Source: Paraspadella gotoi (taxonomy: Eukaryota > Animalia > Chaetognatha). Taken from it: a stretch of 64,000 nucleotides of DNA. The first letter of the stretch is position 1, and every line of letters starts with the position of its first letter. Below the pieces are notes generated by a model that saw only the letters and a list, made by a program, of their open reading frames with translations, searched no databases and had not been told where the DNA came from. The translations under genes were made by a program, and so were the position numbers. Shown one piece after another: positions 28,031-41,853 of this stretch. The DNA lies in the NCBI GenBank assembly GCA_051294375.1, contig CM119263.1, positions 11,819,130 to 11,883,129 of the forward strand, in the 5' to 3' direction.

Positions 28031-28842
28031 TCTCTACATCTCTCTCTTTCTCTATAAATTTGTTTTGCCCTCTAGCTCATATCACAACAAGAACAACTTT
28101 ATTTCGTTGTGATTTAAGGACAAATTTTTAGGAGAAACCTTAAATTATTTTTATTTGATTATAAATAATTTATTTATTAAAAATCTAGTATAAAATACTA
28201 ATATTATATTAATTCCTAAGAAATGAATTTTAATTAAATAAATTAATTATGAAGTTAAATTACCCTTTTATTAAAAAAGTTACGTTTCTAATAAGTTTAT
28301 TACCTAATCGAAAATTTTTTGAAATAAAATGCTATTAATCATTGTTTTATTATTATATATTTAAAAAATATCAATACTATGTATTACATAAATTGCTATT
28401 TTTTTTTTAATAATTAAATCATTTAAAAAAGATTCCCCCTTCTAATTTTTTATACCCTCGGCCTCAGGGCGCTGACTTTCCTGGGGACCACCTTTCAATT
28501 TGTGTCAATCTCAGGGAGGCCTCTCACAGAGACCAACTGAGATAAGAATCACAATCGATAAAAATCAATCTTGAACTAACTTCGCGCACTTTCTTCTCCC
28601 TCTATTTTAAAATGTTTACCACCAATTCAAAAATTATTCATTTATTTAGTAAACAAGCTATCTTGCCCCTGACTAAAGCATACATCCCTCTTACAAGATA
28701 ATAACTTGAAAAAATTTTAATAAAGACTCTCTCAGAGTCTAGTTTATTTAACTTTATTTACTCCAAAGTGCTTGGCTTCTCTGTTTTAATTATTAAATTA
28801 TTATTATTCTTATTGTTGTATTAAATTATGTAATTGAAGAAA

Positions 28843-28885
<43 letters not shown>

Positions 28886-30194
28886 CTCTCTCTCTCTCTC
28901 TCCCTCTTGCCCCTCAAGTCTCTTTCTATCTTAACTTCCGCTGCTTTCCCGCTCTTGCTCCCGTCCTTTCCTCTTTCCAACCTAATATTCGTTTCCACGT
29001 CATCAAATCCAATCCACTCAAGTCTTGACGTCTGCAAGAATCCAATAACTTCCAGGATGACGTCATCCACGAATCGGAAACGCTCCGGTCACTCCATTCA
29101 CTATAACTTTACCCATGAAACCCTTTGAGGTTTCTTTCGCATTTAACGTATAACACAAATCACGTTTAAAAAAAAAAGAGACGTATTTCCGCAGTGAAAT
29201 CTTTTTGGATTTTTTAATATATTTTTTTTCAATTAATTCATATTGGGTAAATAATAATAAAAAAATCAAGAAATAATCATCATGAAAAAATTGCAAGATT
29301 ACTTGTTTTACTAAATTTTATATTAAATGTAAAAATTTAATAAATTTCCCCATATATTCGATTTAATTATATTCTTTATATAGAGTATATTGAGAATTCT
29401 CTTATCCAGCTAATGTTAATTAACTTGTAAAACGTAAAATTTTGAGAGGAAACAGGCCGATCTTTCCCAGCGATTCTCCAGGGCATGTTTATTTTTCTGT
29501 TTTATAGCATTATTTGTTTACATAACTCAAATTTTTTTTCACTCAATCCATTAAACAGCTGCCCCTTTAAAATGTTTTCCATCTCCTTTCGCCGAATTCC
29601 ATCTCCTTAAAATTGTCCGAGAAGCATTCAGATGCGGACGATTGGGGTTCCACTCCACGTGAATTATTTCTCTCTCTCTCTCTCTCTCTCTCTCATCTCC
29701 TCTCTCTCTCTCTTCTCTCTCTCTCTCTTCTCTCTCTCTCTTCTCTCTCTCTCTCTTTATGTTTTCTATCTCTCTCAAACCATCCAAACCGGCCCTCGCC
29801 AAGTGCCCGGATATCACTTTCTGAATTATGGAAACAAATCTTCAATTGCGATTCCCTCGCAACTTTTCAACCTTCAGCTCCCCGTGTATCTCTCCCTCTC
29901 TCTCTTTCGCTTTCTCTCTTCGCTCATCTCTCCTTTTCCTCGCTTGCTCTTTTTTTTTTCAACTCCGACTTTGAAAAACGATTTCCAGTCTTAGCTAATC
30001 CGCAGAGTTCGCGGTGATAATGGGATGGGAACCGCAAATGGGGATGTCTGCCAGAAAACACAGCGGAAACACTAAAACACCAACCGAGATTCCTTTTTTT
30101 TTTTTGTTCGTAGAGGAAAAATGGGAGAGGGAGATAAAGCTGAGGAATAGTGGGAGACGTCGCCACGTCGGCAATACAGAGAAGAAGGAAGAAA

Positions 30195-30298
<104 letters not shown>

Positions 30299-31309
30299 AG
30301 TTCTACAAAGGACATCATTTTGTGTCATTTTGACCTCATTGAGTGTAAATATTTCTTTTCGGGTAATGATTGGATTTTTTGCCATAGATATTTTATAATT
30401 TATATTCTTGGTCATTTCATTCAATGTAATTTGCTACTGTCATTCAAATCGAATGGCATAGCTAATACGGAATTTCTTTTTGTGCTTTGAGCGACTGAAT
30501 TTCCCCTTCGGCACACCATAAGTTTAAATAGTCTATCAGGTAATTTTTAACTCAATCTTGACGACCAAAAAGGGGTTGATCACTACAGTAGATCACTATC
30601 TATGGATTGATCTTCTTTTTTTTCGCCAGTCGTTTTTCACCGTCTACAAGGCCGAGTCTCAAATTCATCTTATCTTCCGAGTGCGGTTTTAGTTTCTTAA
30701 AAATAAAAAGAAAGAATTGATAGAATCTTAGTAAGAGGTGAGTAATGGATTTTCACTCGATTTTGGTACAGATTCCTCTAGTCATGAGTTCCCTCACTCT
30801 TTGGTTCAATTGAACAAAGTCGACCGACTTGTTTTCGGCGCAGCGAGGTTCATTTTTCCCCATTTTCATTTTTGCATAGTGCTAATTTTGTATCAATAAT
30901 CTTTTTAACACTTTAATTTCAATTATTCCTTTTCTTTTTTTTTATCATCTCTCTCGCTGTTACTAATTCTCTTTCGGTCTTTGATATTTTTCCTTAAGAT
31001 CATTTAAAGGACGGGTCTTTCTTTCTAAACTTTTTCCGGATCTCCCGGGCCCCATTACCCAATTCATTTCCCGGATGCGATTTGTCCTCGGATTTTGATT
31101 GGAATCGATTTCCGGTTCTTTTCTCCGTTCGTCTCAGCCGCCGGTCGTTTTCCGATTCTTCTCGCCCTTCTCTCGCCCCGGCTGGACTCCTTGACCCCCA
31201 CTCTCGCACCGCGAATCATTTCTATAATTTTTTTAGCCATTCACTCCTTTTACATTCAATCACGATGTCACCAATCACCATATCTAGCTCTGTTGTTTAG
31301 ACCACTAAA

Positions 31310-31633
<324 letters not shown>

Positions 31634-32172
31634 TTAATCATAATAATACATCATCATTACAACAGTCCAGGCTCATCAGTTATTTTATCTCGCTCGCCGG
31701 CCGACTTATCTTTTCTCTCAGGATTTCGCTCGATGTTCTTTTGATTTCTCCGTTTTTCTTCGATGAATTAAAGGAGCACCTGTAAAACTTTTTTCTCGTG
31801 GGAAACAAAAGAACAGTGTGTTGGCCTGTTTCAGATTTTAAGAGAAATCTAAAGTGTGTGTTCAATATTTCGTTTTGTTGGTTAATAAGTCTCGTTGTCG
31901 GATTGTTCCTTATTCTATAAAAAAATATCAAAAAAGTATTTGCGTTACAAACAAGAATTAATTGTTACGTAAGAATAGTTTTTAAATACAGTACAACTTT
32001 TTTTAAAAAAATTTTGGATGGATTTTTTAAAAAAAATTAAAAATATATATAATTACAGCTTTTAAAAATTCTTAATTTTTTTTAGTAAAATGTAAAATAA
32101 CTGATAAAATCATCGAAAGATGATGATGATAACAATTTTTTACGGTTTTTCTTATTTTTGACCCACTTATCA

Positions 32173-32247
<75 letters not shown>

Positions 32248-32297
32248 CTTCTCTCCCTCAAGGTGCCATAAAGCCGCAAGTAATTAATATTATCTAT

Positions 32298-32378
<81 letters not shown>

Positions 32379-32430
32379 ACTCTCTCACTTTTCTTTAACT
32401 CAAATTCCCTCGTAAAAATCAAAACTGATC

Positions 32431-32490
32431 CAAGCGCTGACGAAGACTCGAAACGTTTAGAGTCGAAACATGTAATGCATAATAAAATAA
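32431..32490 (+). ncRNA. Minimal type I hammerhead ribozyme motif (Penelope-like)
   Basis: CTGACGA (32437-32443), extra A, stem II GACTC/GAGTC (32445-49/32460-64), GAAA (32465-68), palindromic stem III ACATGT, GTA cleavage triplet, short stem I GCG/TGC, then AATAAA. This is the layout of Penelope pLTR hammerheads. Confidence 0.65.
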
Positions 32491-32575
32491 AAAATCCTTC
32501 TTAATAAACCCATATTAAATTCATTGAGTCGGGCTACCCCTGTCTTAAGTCTTTTTTTTTTTCACGAATTTTCAG

Positions 32576-32728
32576 AGGGGAATCCCCCTAACACTCGACC
32601 AAAGCGACACCTGCTGCAACCAAACGTTACCGAAGTCGGAAACGAAAGATCCTTAGGAACGATAGGACAATACCTTCAACTCTTGGGGCCCAACATCGAA
32701 TCTCGTCACTGCGTCATTGCCAACACTG
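32576..32728 (+). CDS. AFDN: Afadin FHA domain exon 1
   Basis: ttcAG acceptor, G|GTGAGA donor, phase 1-1. (E)GNPPNTRPKRHLLQPNVTEVGNERSLGTIGQYLQLLGPNIESRHCVIANT is close to afadin ...RLQLSVTEVGTE...IQLFGPGIQPHHC. Confidence 0.92.
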
Positions 32729-32905
32729 GTGAGAGACTGTGGCTCGTGAAGTTAAGATATAACCGTTCCGTGAAATTATTGTGTAACTATTATTATGATT
32801 TTAATGTTATTATTTTATACATACCTAACAATTTTCGTCGAATCGCCTGTAATTTTTTTTTATCCGAATCTGTTTCTTCCCGCCAATCGCTGCGTTAACC
32901 GTCAG

Positions 32906-33081
32906 AGGGCATAGTGACGGTGACCCCTTGCTCTGCCAAGGCCGAGACCTTCGTCGGCAACCATGGGCGCATCGTCGAGACCACGATGTTGCAGCACGGC
33001 AACATCGTGAGGTTCGGAAAGGGTCACGTCTTCCGGTTCGTCGATCCAAACCTTCAGCAGCGGCAGCCGCAAACATCACAG
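32906..33081 (+). CDS. AFDN: Afadin FHA domain exon 2
   Basis: gtcAG acceptor, CAG|GTGAGG donor, phase 1-0. (E)GIVTVTPCSAKAETFVGNHGRIVETTMLQHGNIVRFGKGHVFRFVDP matches afadin GVVTVTP...AETYV...RISETTMLQ.G..VQFG..HVFKFVDP. Confidence 0.93.
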
Positions 33082-33981
33082 GTGAGGACCAGTTTTTTTA
33101 AAGCGAAAATTGTGAAATTTAAATTCCATAGAATCTCATCGTAGAAATAATAATAAGTAAGCATAGGCAAAAACCTAAATGCGAAATTCATATTTCCACG
33201 CTGTTTTTTTTTCGAATCCGGGGCCGTCGACGTATAAATTTTATGTAATGATAACTGATAAGTGATGATAATTGTCCCTTCGGATGCTTTTAAAAGTTTG
33301 TACTTCGTTACATTCAAGAAGAAAAAAATGTCCTTTTAGTACGATTTAATTTGCTTCGGCGTTTCCCTTTTGGCCTTTGCCTCAAAATAAAACTCTTTTT
33401 AGCGTGAGTACTTTCTACTGACTAGTACTGACTAGTACTGAGTAGTATATAGTTTATACTATAGACGCGGCATTACCAAAATTATTTTCCTTGTGGTATG
33501 CTTTAAAATTATAATTTCGCTTGACTGCGGACTACATGTGTCAGCGTTGAAGCATCGGATTTGTCACAAAACTACCAACCGTGAAAATATTCCCCAAAAT
33601 TCCACTTTCTCTTTTCCCATAGCGTGAACAAAAATCGAAATAATGTACACCTCGTTTTTATTCCAAACACGGTCTTTCTAATTTCTTTTTTTGTTTTGAC
33701 AAGCGATTTGAAAGAATGGGTTTTTCTCTCCCGCCGCAGTTTTAAACCGTTTTTTTCCGTTTTCTTTCCAATTCGCTCTTTCCCCGCTCCTCATCCTGTC
33801 TTCTTTCCTTTCTTCGGCTTTTTTTTTTAGTTTTTGCCTTTTCCTTCATTCCCATTTTTTTTCTCTTCTCGTTTAATTTCGTGATTTTTTTTTCCGCGGT
33901 TTTTTTTATTTCTTAAACCATTTTTTTCTCGAGGCCTATTTTGTAATTTTTTTATGTACGATTAGTAAAATCTCTCCTCAG

Positions 33982-34424
33982 ACGATGCGACCCCGACCGA
34001 ACATCGAAACGTCGTTCTACTCCGGCCCGGCGCGGCCTCAGTATCCGTACGGCGCCCCACAGAGCCAAGCGCCCAATCTCCCACCGAATTCGTCAGTCAA
34101 CCACCCCCCTAACCATCCCGCAAACCAATTCCAGAACGCTCATGCCAACCACCTCGCTCATAATCACCCTCAAGCTCATCCAAACTCTCTTCCCCATCAG
34201 AATTCAAACCCGCAGAACCTTCCACAATCTCATCAAATTTCCCAGCATCACAACAATCACAACCTCGGCTTGAATCATCTTCATCACGCGTCTAATCAAC
34301 ATCGTCCTCAACCACATCATCACCATCCACCACAGCAACAACCTCTGCATCACCATCAACAGCAGAAAGTTCTTCACGAGGCTCACGGAATCAATCATTC
34401 GAAATCGGCGGAAACTACGAACGT
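33982..34424 (+). CDS. AFDN: Afadin exon, His/Gln/Asn/Pro-rich low-complexity insert
   Basis: ctcctcAG acceptor (phase 0), ~147-codon open frame TMRPRPNIETSFYSG...HSKSAETTN, GT|GTGAGT donor (phase 2) compatible with the next exon. Confidence 0.75.
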
Positions 34425-34712
34425 GTGAGTGAAAAATTATATGGCGAGAATTTGACGTAATAAAGTATATAATTTATATAATATATACATACTATGTATA
34501 ATACGTATTACATGTATTTCATAGATATATATATATATATATAATTATAAAATAGTGAAATAAGTAATTTTGCAATTTTCATAATCATTCACTAATTAAT
34601 ATTTATTATTTATGATTGACTCTATTTGAAACGTCAAAAAATGTTATTTGCTGTATATGTAAAATAGTTTATATAGTATCGTTTCCACTTCTCCGTCTTG
34701 TCTTCATATCAG

Positions 34713-34925
34713 AAACGCCAAGTCATTTTCATCTCCGGCGGCCAACTACGAAACGACTTTCGACATCGATGGCCATGTTGAGACGGTGGCCGCCGCCGCC
34801 GCCGCCGTTCTAGCCGCTCATCAAAACGCTGCTGCCGCTGCAGCTGCAGCTGCAAGTGCCGCGAAGAGCGGCGGTAACAAGCCGAACCCACCCGTCACAG
34901 GAGCGCCATCTATTCACTTTAGAAA
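34713..34925 (+). CDS. AFDN: Afadin exon with NYETTFDIDGHVETV motif and poly-Ala
   Basis: atcAG acceptor, AA|GTGAGT donor, phase 2-2. (V)NAKSFSSPAANYETTFDIDGHVETVAAAAAAVLAAHQNAAAAAAAAASAAKSGGNKPNPPVTGAPSIHFR contains the ETTFD-x-x-G motif found between FHA and DIL in afadin/canoe. Confidence 0.82.
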
Positions 34926-37900
34926 GTGAGTAAATAAAATTATAAAAACGATAGTCAAACGTTTAACTCGCAATTAATAAATGTTTTAAATGTTTCAGTT
35001 TAAAGATAGTATTATCGTAAAATTATACAAATGTTTTTTAATTATACTCTATAAAAAAGGTTTCATTTTTCTATAAAATTTAAGGAAAAAAATGAAAAAA
35101 ACATTTTTTTTAGAATTTGGGATTTAAGTTATTAAGGACTTATAAGTTATTTATCACTGATAAATAAATTGGCTCGAGAATGTCATGCCTTTTCGCATTT
35201 TGTGAATTCTTGACATCTTCACGCAATCAAAACCAAGAAAATTCGAGTGGTGTGGACTGCGAATCGGACACATTTATTACACATTTATTTAAAAACACAC
35301 ATTTATTACACATTTATTTAAAAACTAAAATTTTATTTAAGCTATATAACCATGATAAAGTACTAAAAATATTTGATCATATTGTCGGTATATACATAAT
35401 ATGTATCTATAATCAGGGGCGGCGAGAGGAGGGGATATCTTCGCCTCAGGCCTTTGAGAAGAGAGAACAAAAGAAGGAAAGAAAAGAAGAAAAAAAGAAA
35501 AAAAAAGAAGAAAAGAGAAGAGAAAAAGAAGAAAGAAGGAGGGAAGAAAAAGAGGAAAAAGAAGGAATTGAGTGATTGAGTGGGCCCCTTTAGACTTTAG
35601 GGGTCAAGTTGGCCCCCTATTTAAGTCAAATCAAGGCCCCTTTATTGGTAATTGGTAATTCCTTAAAATAGTAAATTTGCAAAACCTTTGGTTTTTAGTG
35701 TTTTAGTTAAAGCTACATTTCGAAGTTAGCGACAAAAGGTCTGTGATTTTCTTTAACATCTTTATGATCAAAATAATGTTATCAATATAAAGTTTAGGAA
35801 AAGAAAGAAAATGACTATTAATATTTACCTTCTTGTGAATATAGGTCAATTGACGGAAAATTTTTTTAATTTGTAATAAAGTACGGCAGAAAAGCAAGGA
35901 TAAAATGAACATTTTTAACAATTTGGTTTGGTCCTCAGTTGTATTTATTAATTACTGTAGTTTTACCAACAGTGTTTTCCTTGATTAAAAGGCAAGGGTG
36001 GCTGGCGAAAAAATCTAGTGAAATTGGCGCCAAAAAAAATAATTGATATTATTTATATTCATTTATTAAAATAACTAATTTGAGTACTAGGGAAATCTGA
36101 AGGTTTAAAACCTCGGCAATAAAAGGCTGAGCTTTCTTTTTAATAATAAAAATTTATTTATCTTTCTTTTCCTCGCTACCTCTAAGGACTTTATTACCGT
36201 ATTAGAATTTCTCATCTTGCCTCAATTGGTTTTCTCAGAGGTTTTTCGGCTTTCGTTTATTAAAAATTCCAGCTGCTTGTGTTGATTATTTTCTTTCGTC
36301 GTTTTTTGTTAAATCGTTTAATTTTTCCTTCGCATTTTTTGCGTATTTCTTATTTTCATTTTCTTATGAAATTGGTACAACCAATTATTATATTTTATTT
36401 ATTGTTTCTTCTGCTTTTCCTTTTTCTCCATACAGAGTTAGGGCCAAACTTTGTCAATGGGGTGGGTCAAAAGTTTTATTTGGGAACCTTCCCAATTGAA
36501 ACTTTCAATGGACCAAAATTTTATAAAATGGCTAGAAGCACTAGTAATTAATTTTTTAATATTTATATATTTATTTATAGATAGGAAATGTTAAAACAAT
36601 TTTTTTTAATTTTTATTTTTAAAAGCAGATTCATACTTCTCGCAGGATAGATATCATTACTAAATGAGCCACCGGGTCACAACTGTGTTACGACCGTGTT
36701 ATGCTTATAGGCGCGGTTAACTTATGCGTAAAAAATCTATGGCAAGGGCACAATAAACATTGAACAGTGTGGCTTACTGTAATGCAAAATGCACGATAAT
36801 TTTTTTTAACCAAATACCGGACAACTATTTAAATCTAATATCACTTAAAATTTTTGAGCGATTGACAAAACGAAAATACCACTCTCATTAGAACTGCGCA
36901 TGTGTGAATAAAAATGCAAATAATCATGATAATGGAGAGACAAAAAAAAAACCTATATGAACTCAACTTTCCGGTGGGTCTTTAAAATTATTAATTCACC
37001 TTACCATTTTGACAGAGCGTTCATTTGTTCTCAAGTACGCTTGAGACACTGTATCTTTCTTGACTTTTTCTATCATTCTTTCTAAACTGACTCATGATGG
37101 AAAGTCCTCAAATGTCTATTTGTTCTGTCCTTTCTTGAACTTCTATTCATAAATTCTCTGTTTCGAGAATTCTCTCAATATCTCTCTCTTTTTTCCTCTC
37201 TCCCTTTCCACATCATTCTTTCTCCTCTCGCTCAAGAACGCATCTTGCTTCCAGACTTTTTTTTTGGTCGATTTCTTAGAAATGGATCTTTAGGGGGAAT
37301 TTTCGCGTCCTTGTGCGGCAGGGGTCAAAAGAGTGGCGCAAGTTTCGGTTTAGATTAGAAAAGCTCGCTCATATATACTGTTCAGATTTTAGCAAACTGA
37401 CGCTGTTCTTTGAGTAATTTTGCATGACTTCAAAATACATAGTAGAGCATTTTTTAGGTTCATTCATATTCGTCCTCGCCTTTACTACAAACGAGATAAG
37501 CTAGGATGAAATGAATAAAGTGAATGATTCTTTTAACGTCATAACAAGTACAGGGAGTAAAATAAGTATCATAAGTATTTGTATAAGGAGATATAATGTG
37601 CAAAATTTAAAAAAATTCCCCTAATATTTCGGCATAATTTAAACAAAAATTTTTTAGCACAATATATCTCAAATCTGAAGGCCTGTGGGCGCAGTTTGCT
37701 TTGCAAAACCTGGCAACATTCACTAAAAAAGTTTTAAAAAAAAGAATCCTTTCGGACCGAGAGTTGGATCGAAGCCGCGATCCTTCCAGATCCCCCAGGA
37801 TGCCGAGACCACTAAGCCGAGACGACCCGACGCGGAATCGCAAATGAATCCGCAGGTCTTTTTTTTTAATGGGGAGGGGGGGTTAGGTGGCGGGGATGTA

Positions 37901-38357
37901 AGTGACATGGGAGAGTCCTCGGGTGCCAACGCGAAACTGGAAACGGAAACCATAATCTCTTTTAAAAGAAAAACCTCAAATCTCTTGTATGCCCTGGAAA
38001 AATATTATCGTGAAATATTTTCAGTACCTCTCTCTCTCTCTCTCTCTCGTATCTCTCATCCCTCTCCACTCTTCTCTCCTCTTCTCTCTCGCAACGCCTA
38101 TCCTTCTGCGCGGTTGATATACCACATGACCGGGGAACAACACGCTCTGCCACATACAACGTCGCCGCACCATGCGCCTGGTGAGGCTATGAATCTATGA
38201 TGCCTCTTCCCTCATTCGCTCTTCGGTTACATCCGGGATTCCTCACGCGCTCTCAACGAACATACGGGGGTAGAGCTTGAGTCGCTCACACCACCCGAAT
38301 GAAGCCAGAAGCACCGTCGTAACCAGAATAAAGTTCAGAGTAGCAAAAACGCAACGT

Positions 38358-38434
<77 letters not shown>

Positions 38435-39054
38435 AGAAGGAAGAGGACGAAAGGCGTGGTGGCTTCCTATTTCTTGGCACCCAGAACCTTTATCTCTCTC
38501 TCTCTCTCTTTATCCATCTCTCTAGCTCGCTCTCTCCCATCTACCCGGTGCGTTTCGCTCTATGACGTCGTCTCATTTTCTGATTCCGTGAAACTCGTCT
38601 TCAGCCGACGCCATCTTTCACCGTCGTTGTCGTCCTCGTCGTCGTCGCCGTCATTCTTCTCTTCCTCCTCCCCAGCATTCCTTTCCTACCCTTCCTCTTC
38701 ATCCTCTTCGAGCTCGTGAAGTCGGATCGGTCCTTAATCCCCTTCCCCCTTCCCTGTCATCGCCCCCCTTCCTGTTCGATATCCTTCCAATTTTCACAGT
38801 ACTCTTGCCAATAGATGTGTAGCGATATTTTTTTTTTTTAATTTTCACTAGTTTACTCCCTCTCTCGGTCTTCTCTACCCCTTCCCACCAGCTCTTTTGT
38901 TAATTCTATTGCATTTCACGTTCTCTAATCTTTTTTTCCCTCTTCTCTGTCCTGGTTTTAAACTCTCTTCATTAGAAAACGTCTGCGTCCTTCCCAGCTT
39001 ACATCTCGTTATCTTCAGACTTCGACTAGACGAAGGACCTTTCGTTTCCTCCCC

Positions 39055-39133
<79 letters not shown>

Positions 39134-40383
39134 TCCTCCCTCCCTACTTTCTCAATCTGCTTCTCGCCATTTCCTTCTCTACCTCCTCCGTTTTTTTTCC
39201 TCCTCTTCATCCTCTTTCCTCGCTTGCCTCTCCTCCTCTTCCCTCTCCTTATCCTTTTCTTCGCCTTCGATTCGTTTTTAGCCACATTTTTCGCGATTCA
39301 CCAAAAAAAAAAAGAAAAAAAAGAAAAAAAATGTTTTTCAAATTCGACGCTTTTTTGTTAAGGAGATTTTGCTGGCGAAGTTAACCCGGGAATTAACCTT
39401 ATTTCAATTTTTTTTTATTAACTTCCGAAAAATCTCAAATGCATTGGTATGCTATTGACTCTCTCCCCCTCCCCATTTTTTTTTTATTAAATGTAAATAT
39501 TTTTTTACATCCACTCGTTCCCTTTATTTATCTAATTTTTGTAAATGTTGCGCGACAAAATGGCGACGGTAAGGTCCGAACGAGTCCGACTCGGATGAAC
39601 GGATTTAGCACCAGGGAGGCATCCTACAACCATCCCTTGAAACGTCCTTGAATCGACCTCCAGCCGCCCCTCGACCCGCTGCCCCGGCTCGGCCCAGGGT
39701 CGGCCCCGGCTCGGCCCGAGTCTTGACCTCCGGCGCTGGAGGATCTCTTGGTGCCATCGACCGAAAGGTCGCTTCGGAGTCGAAGCATTATTCTTTGAAT
39801 AAAATTTTCTCTTTTTGGTGGTGGAAGAAGGCTAAAAAATTATATTAACTAAGACTAATAGTTTAATATGGTTTAATATGGTTGTTCCGTCGGTAAACGA
39901 TAACTTATATTGAAAATGATAAATGGAAGGGAACTTAATACCTTTTGTTACGACGTTTTTTTTTAACGGCACGAGGATACCACGAAGGAAGTGACATAAT
40001 CCAAATGAAGTTACCACAGGCTCATGTTTCCATTAAGCTTCTTCAGAACTTGAAACTACATCGAGACTTTGATATCCGCTCACTACTTACAAAAAGAATA
40101 ATCCTTCAATTCCCACCAGTTTTACTAGATGGAGGAAATAATATTGTGTTTTGACAAAAGAACTCAACTTCTGTCCCCTGATGGTACATACCTAATCAAA
40201 ATGGAACCAAGGCTTCTGCTTCTGTTTCACGGCGTCGACTGAAATGGAATGGACGCCTGAGTTCAAGTCTGCCACCGTCGTCGTCTGTCTCGTTGCCCCG
40301 GGCAACCACCGATCCCCGGTTTCCTTTCCTCCATTTTCTTCTCTTCTACGACTTTAAATCTCCCACGCTTTCGAGTCGCTGAC

Positions 40384-40508
<125 letters not shown>

Positions 40509-41769
40509 CTTTCTCCTGAATGTTCTTCATCCTCATTTACGACAGCTGTATCTAAGGTAGCTTTACTACATTTGCAATTATCTTCCCATTGCTACAGTAA
40601 ATTTCATTTCACTTGGCGTTAATATCTAATATAATATATTAATAATAATAATAATAATAATATAATTTATTTCCTAAAAAAAAAAAACTCAGTTTTCAAA
40701 TTTTTATTCGCTCGGTTAATTCGCTTTCAATTAAGCTACTGGATCTATTTTCACTCTTCGCTCTCTAAAAATAAGCTTCTTGCCATAAAACTTCTTCAAC
40801 TAGCAATATCTTTAATTTTTTCCTCCCATTTGTTGAGTATTTTCACGCGGGTTATTTTGTTCTGACATTCCTCTACCTTATCTAATATCTACTACTTGTC
40901 GCTCATTCTCATCTTCAGCCACATCCTTCCCCGAATACCAGACGAAAGAACAAAATCAGTTCAACATCCGGTCTTCTTCTGTTCTTATGATATGCTGTGA
41001 CCCCGGGAGTCGTGGCCTAATTTACAGTTTTACTTTTTTTTTCTCCTTTCTTCTTTCTTTTTCTTCTTACTTTTTTCTTCTTTTTTTTTCGCTCAATCTT
41101 TTCCATCTTTTTCTCCCTAATTTACTGCGTCTTTTAATGTTCTTTTTTCTATGTGTTTTGTGTTTTTTTTTTCTTTCTTTTTTTCTCTCTTATTTTGTGA
41201 CACTCTCTTTCTGTGATTTCTTTTTTTCTTTAATTTTCTCGTTTTCCATTTTTATCCTTTATATTTTCCTTATCTCTCATCCTTTATATTTTCCATATCT
41301 CTCTTATCTCTCTTTCGTCTCATGCAGTTTTATACCCATTTATTAAAAATAATTTTATACGTTTTAATTTGATAGAGGTACCCATATGAAATAGTTCAAC
41401 CTCACAGACGTACTACCCACGTACCTGCTCATGGGAGCACTCGCCAGTCTCCGCTCCTCTCTTGAAAAAGGTAGTCATACCGCGTGGGAACTCAAATAAT
41501 TGATGAACCTCTTAGGGATGTGACCTTTATGGTCCTTTACGAAATTCTTCTCCGCTATTCGAATGCTTATGGGCATCGAATCTTGTTTTGTTTTATTTTT
41601 TATTTATTTGATTTTATTTTTATTTATTTCTTGCATTTTTTTTTAAATGATTTTTTTTCTCTGTTGCTTCTTATCTTCTTATCTTATAGGCACGAAAAAA
41701 TATTCCGCCTCGTCCGCCTCGCCTTGTGTTTAACCAGTGGCATTTGCCGTTTCATTTCACCTTTTTGCG

Positions 41770-41853
<84 letters not shown>

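Noticed and set aside
37790-37855. 66-nt AG...GT block (IPQDAETTKPRRPDAESQMNPQ)
   Set aside because: Weak donor, and the frame required by the phase-2 afadin context hits a stop.
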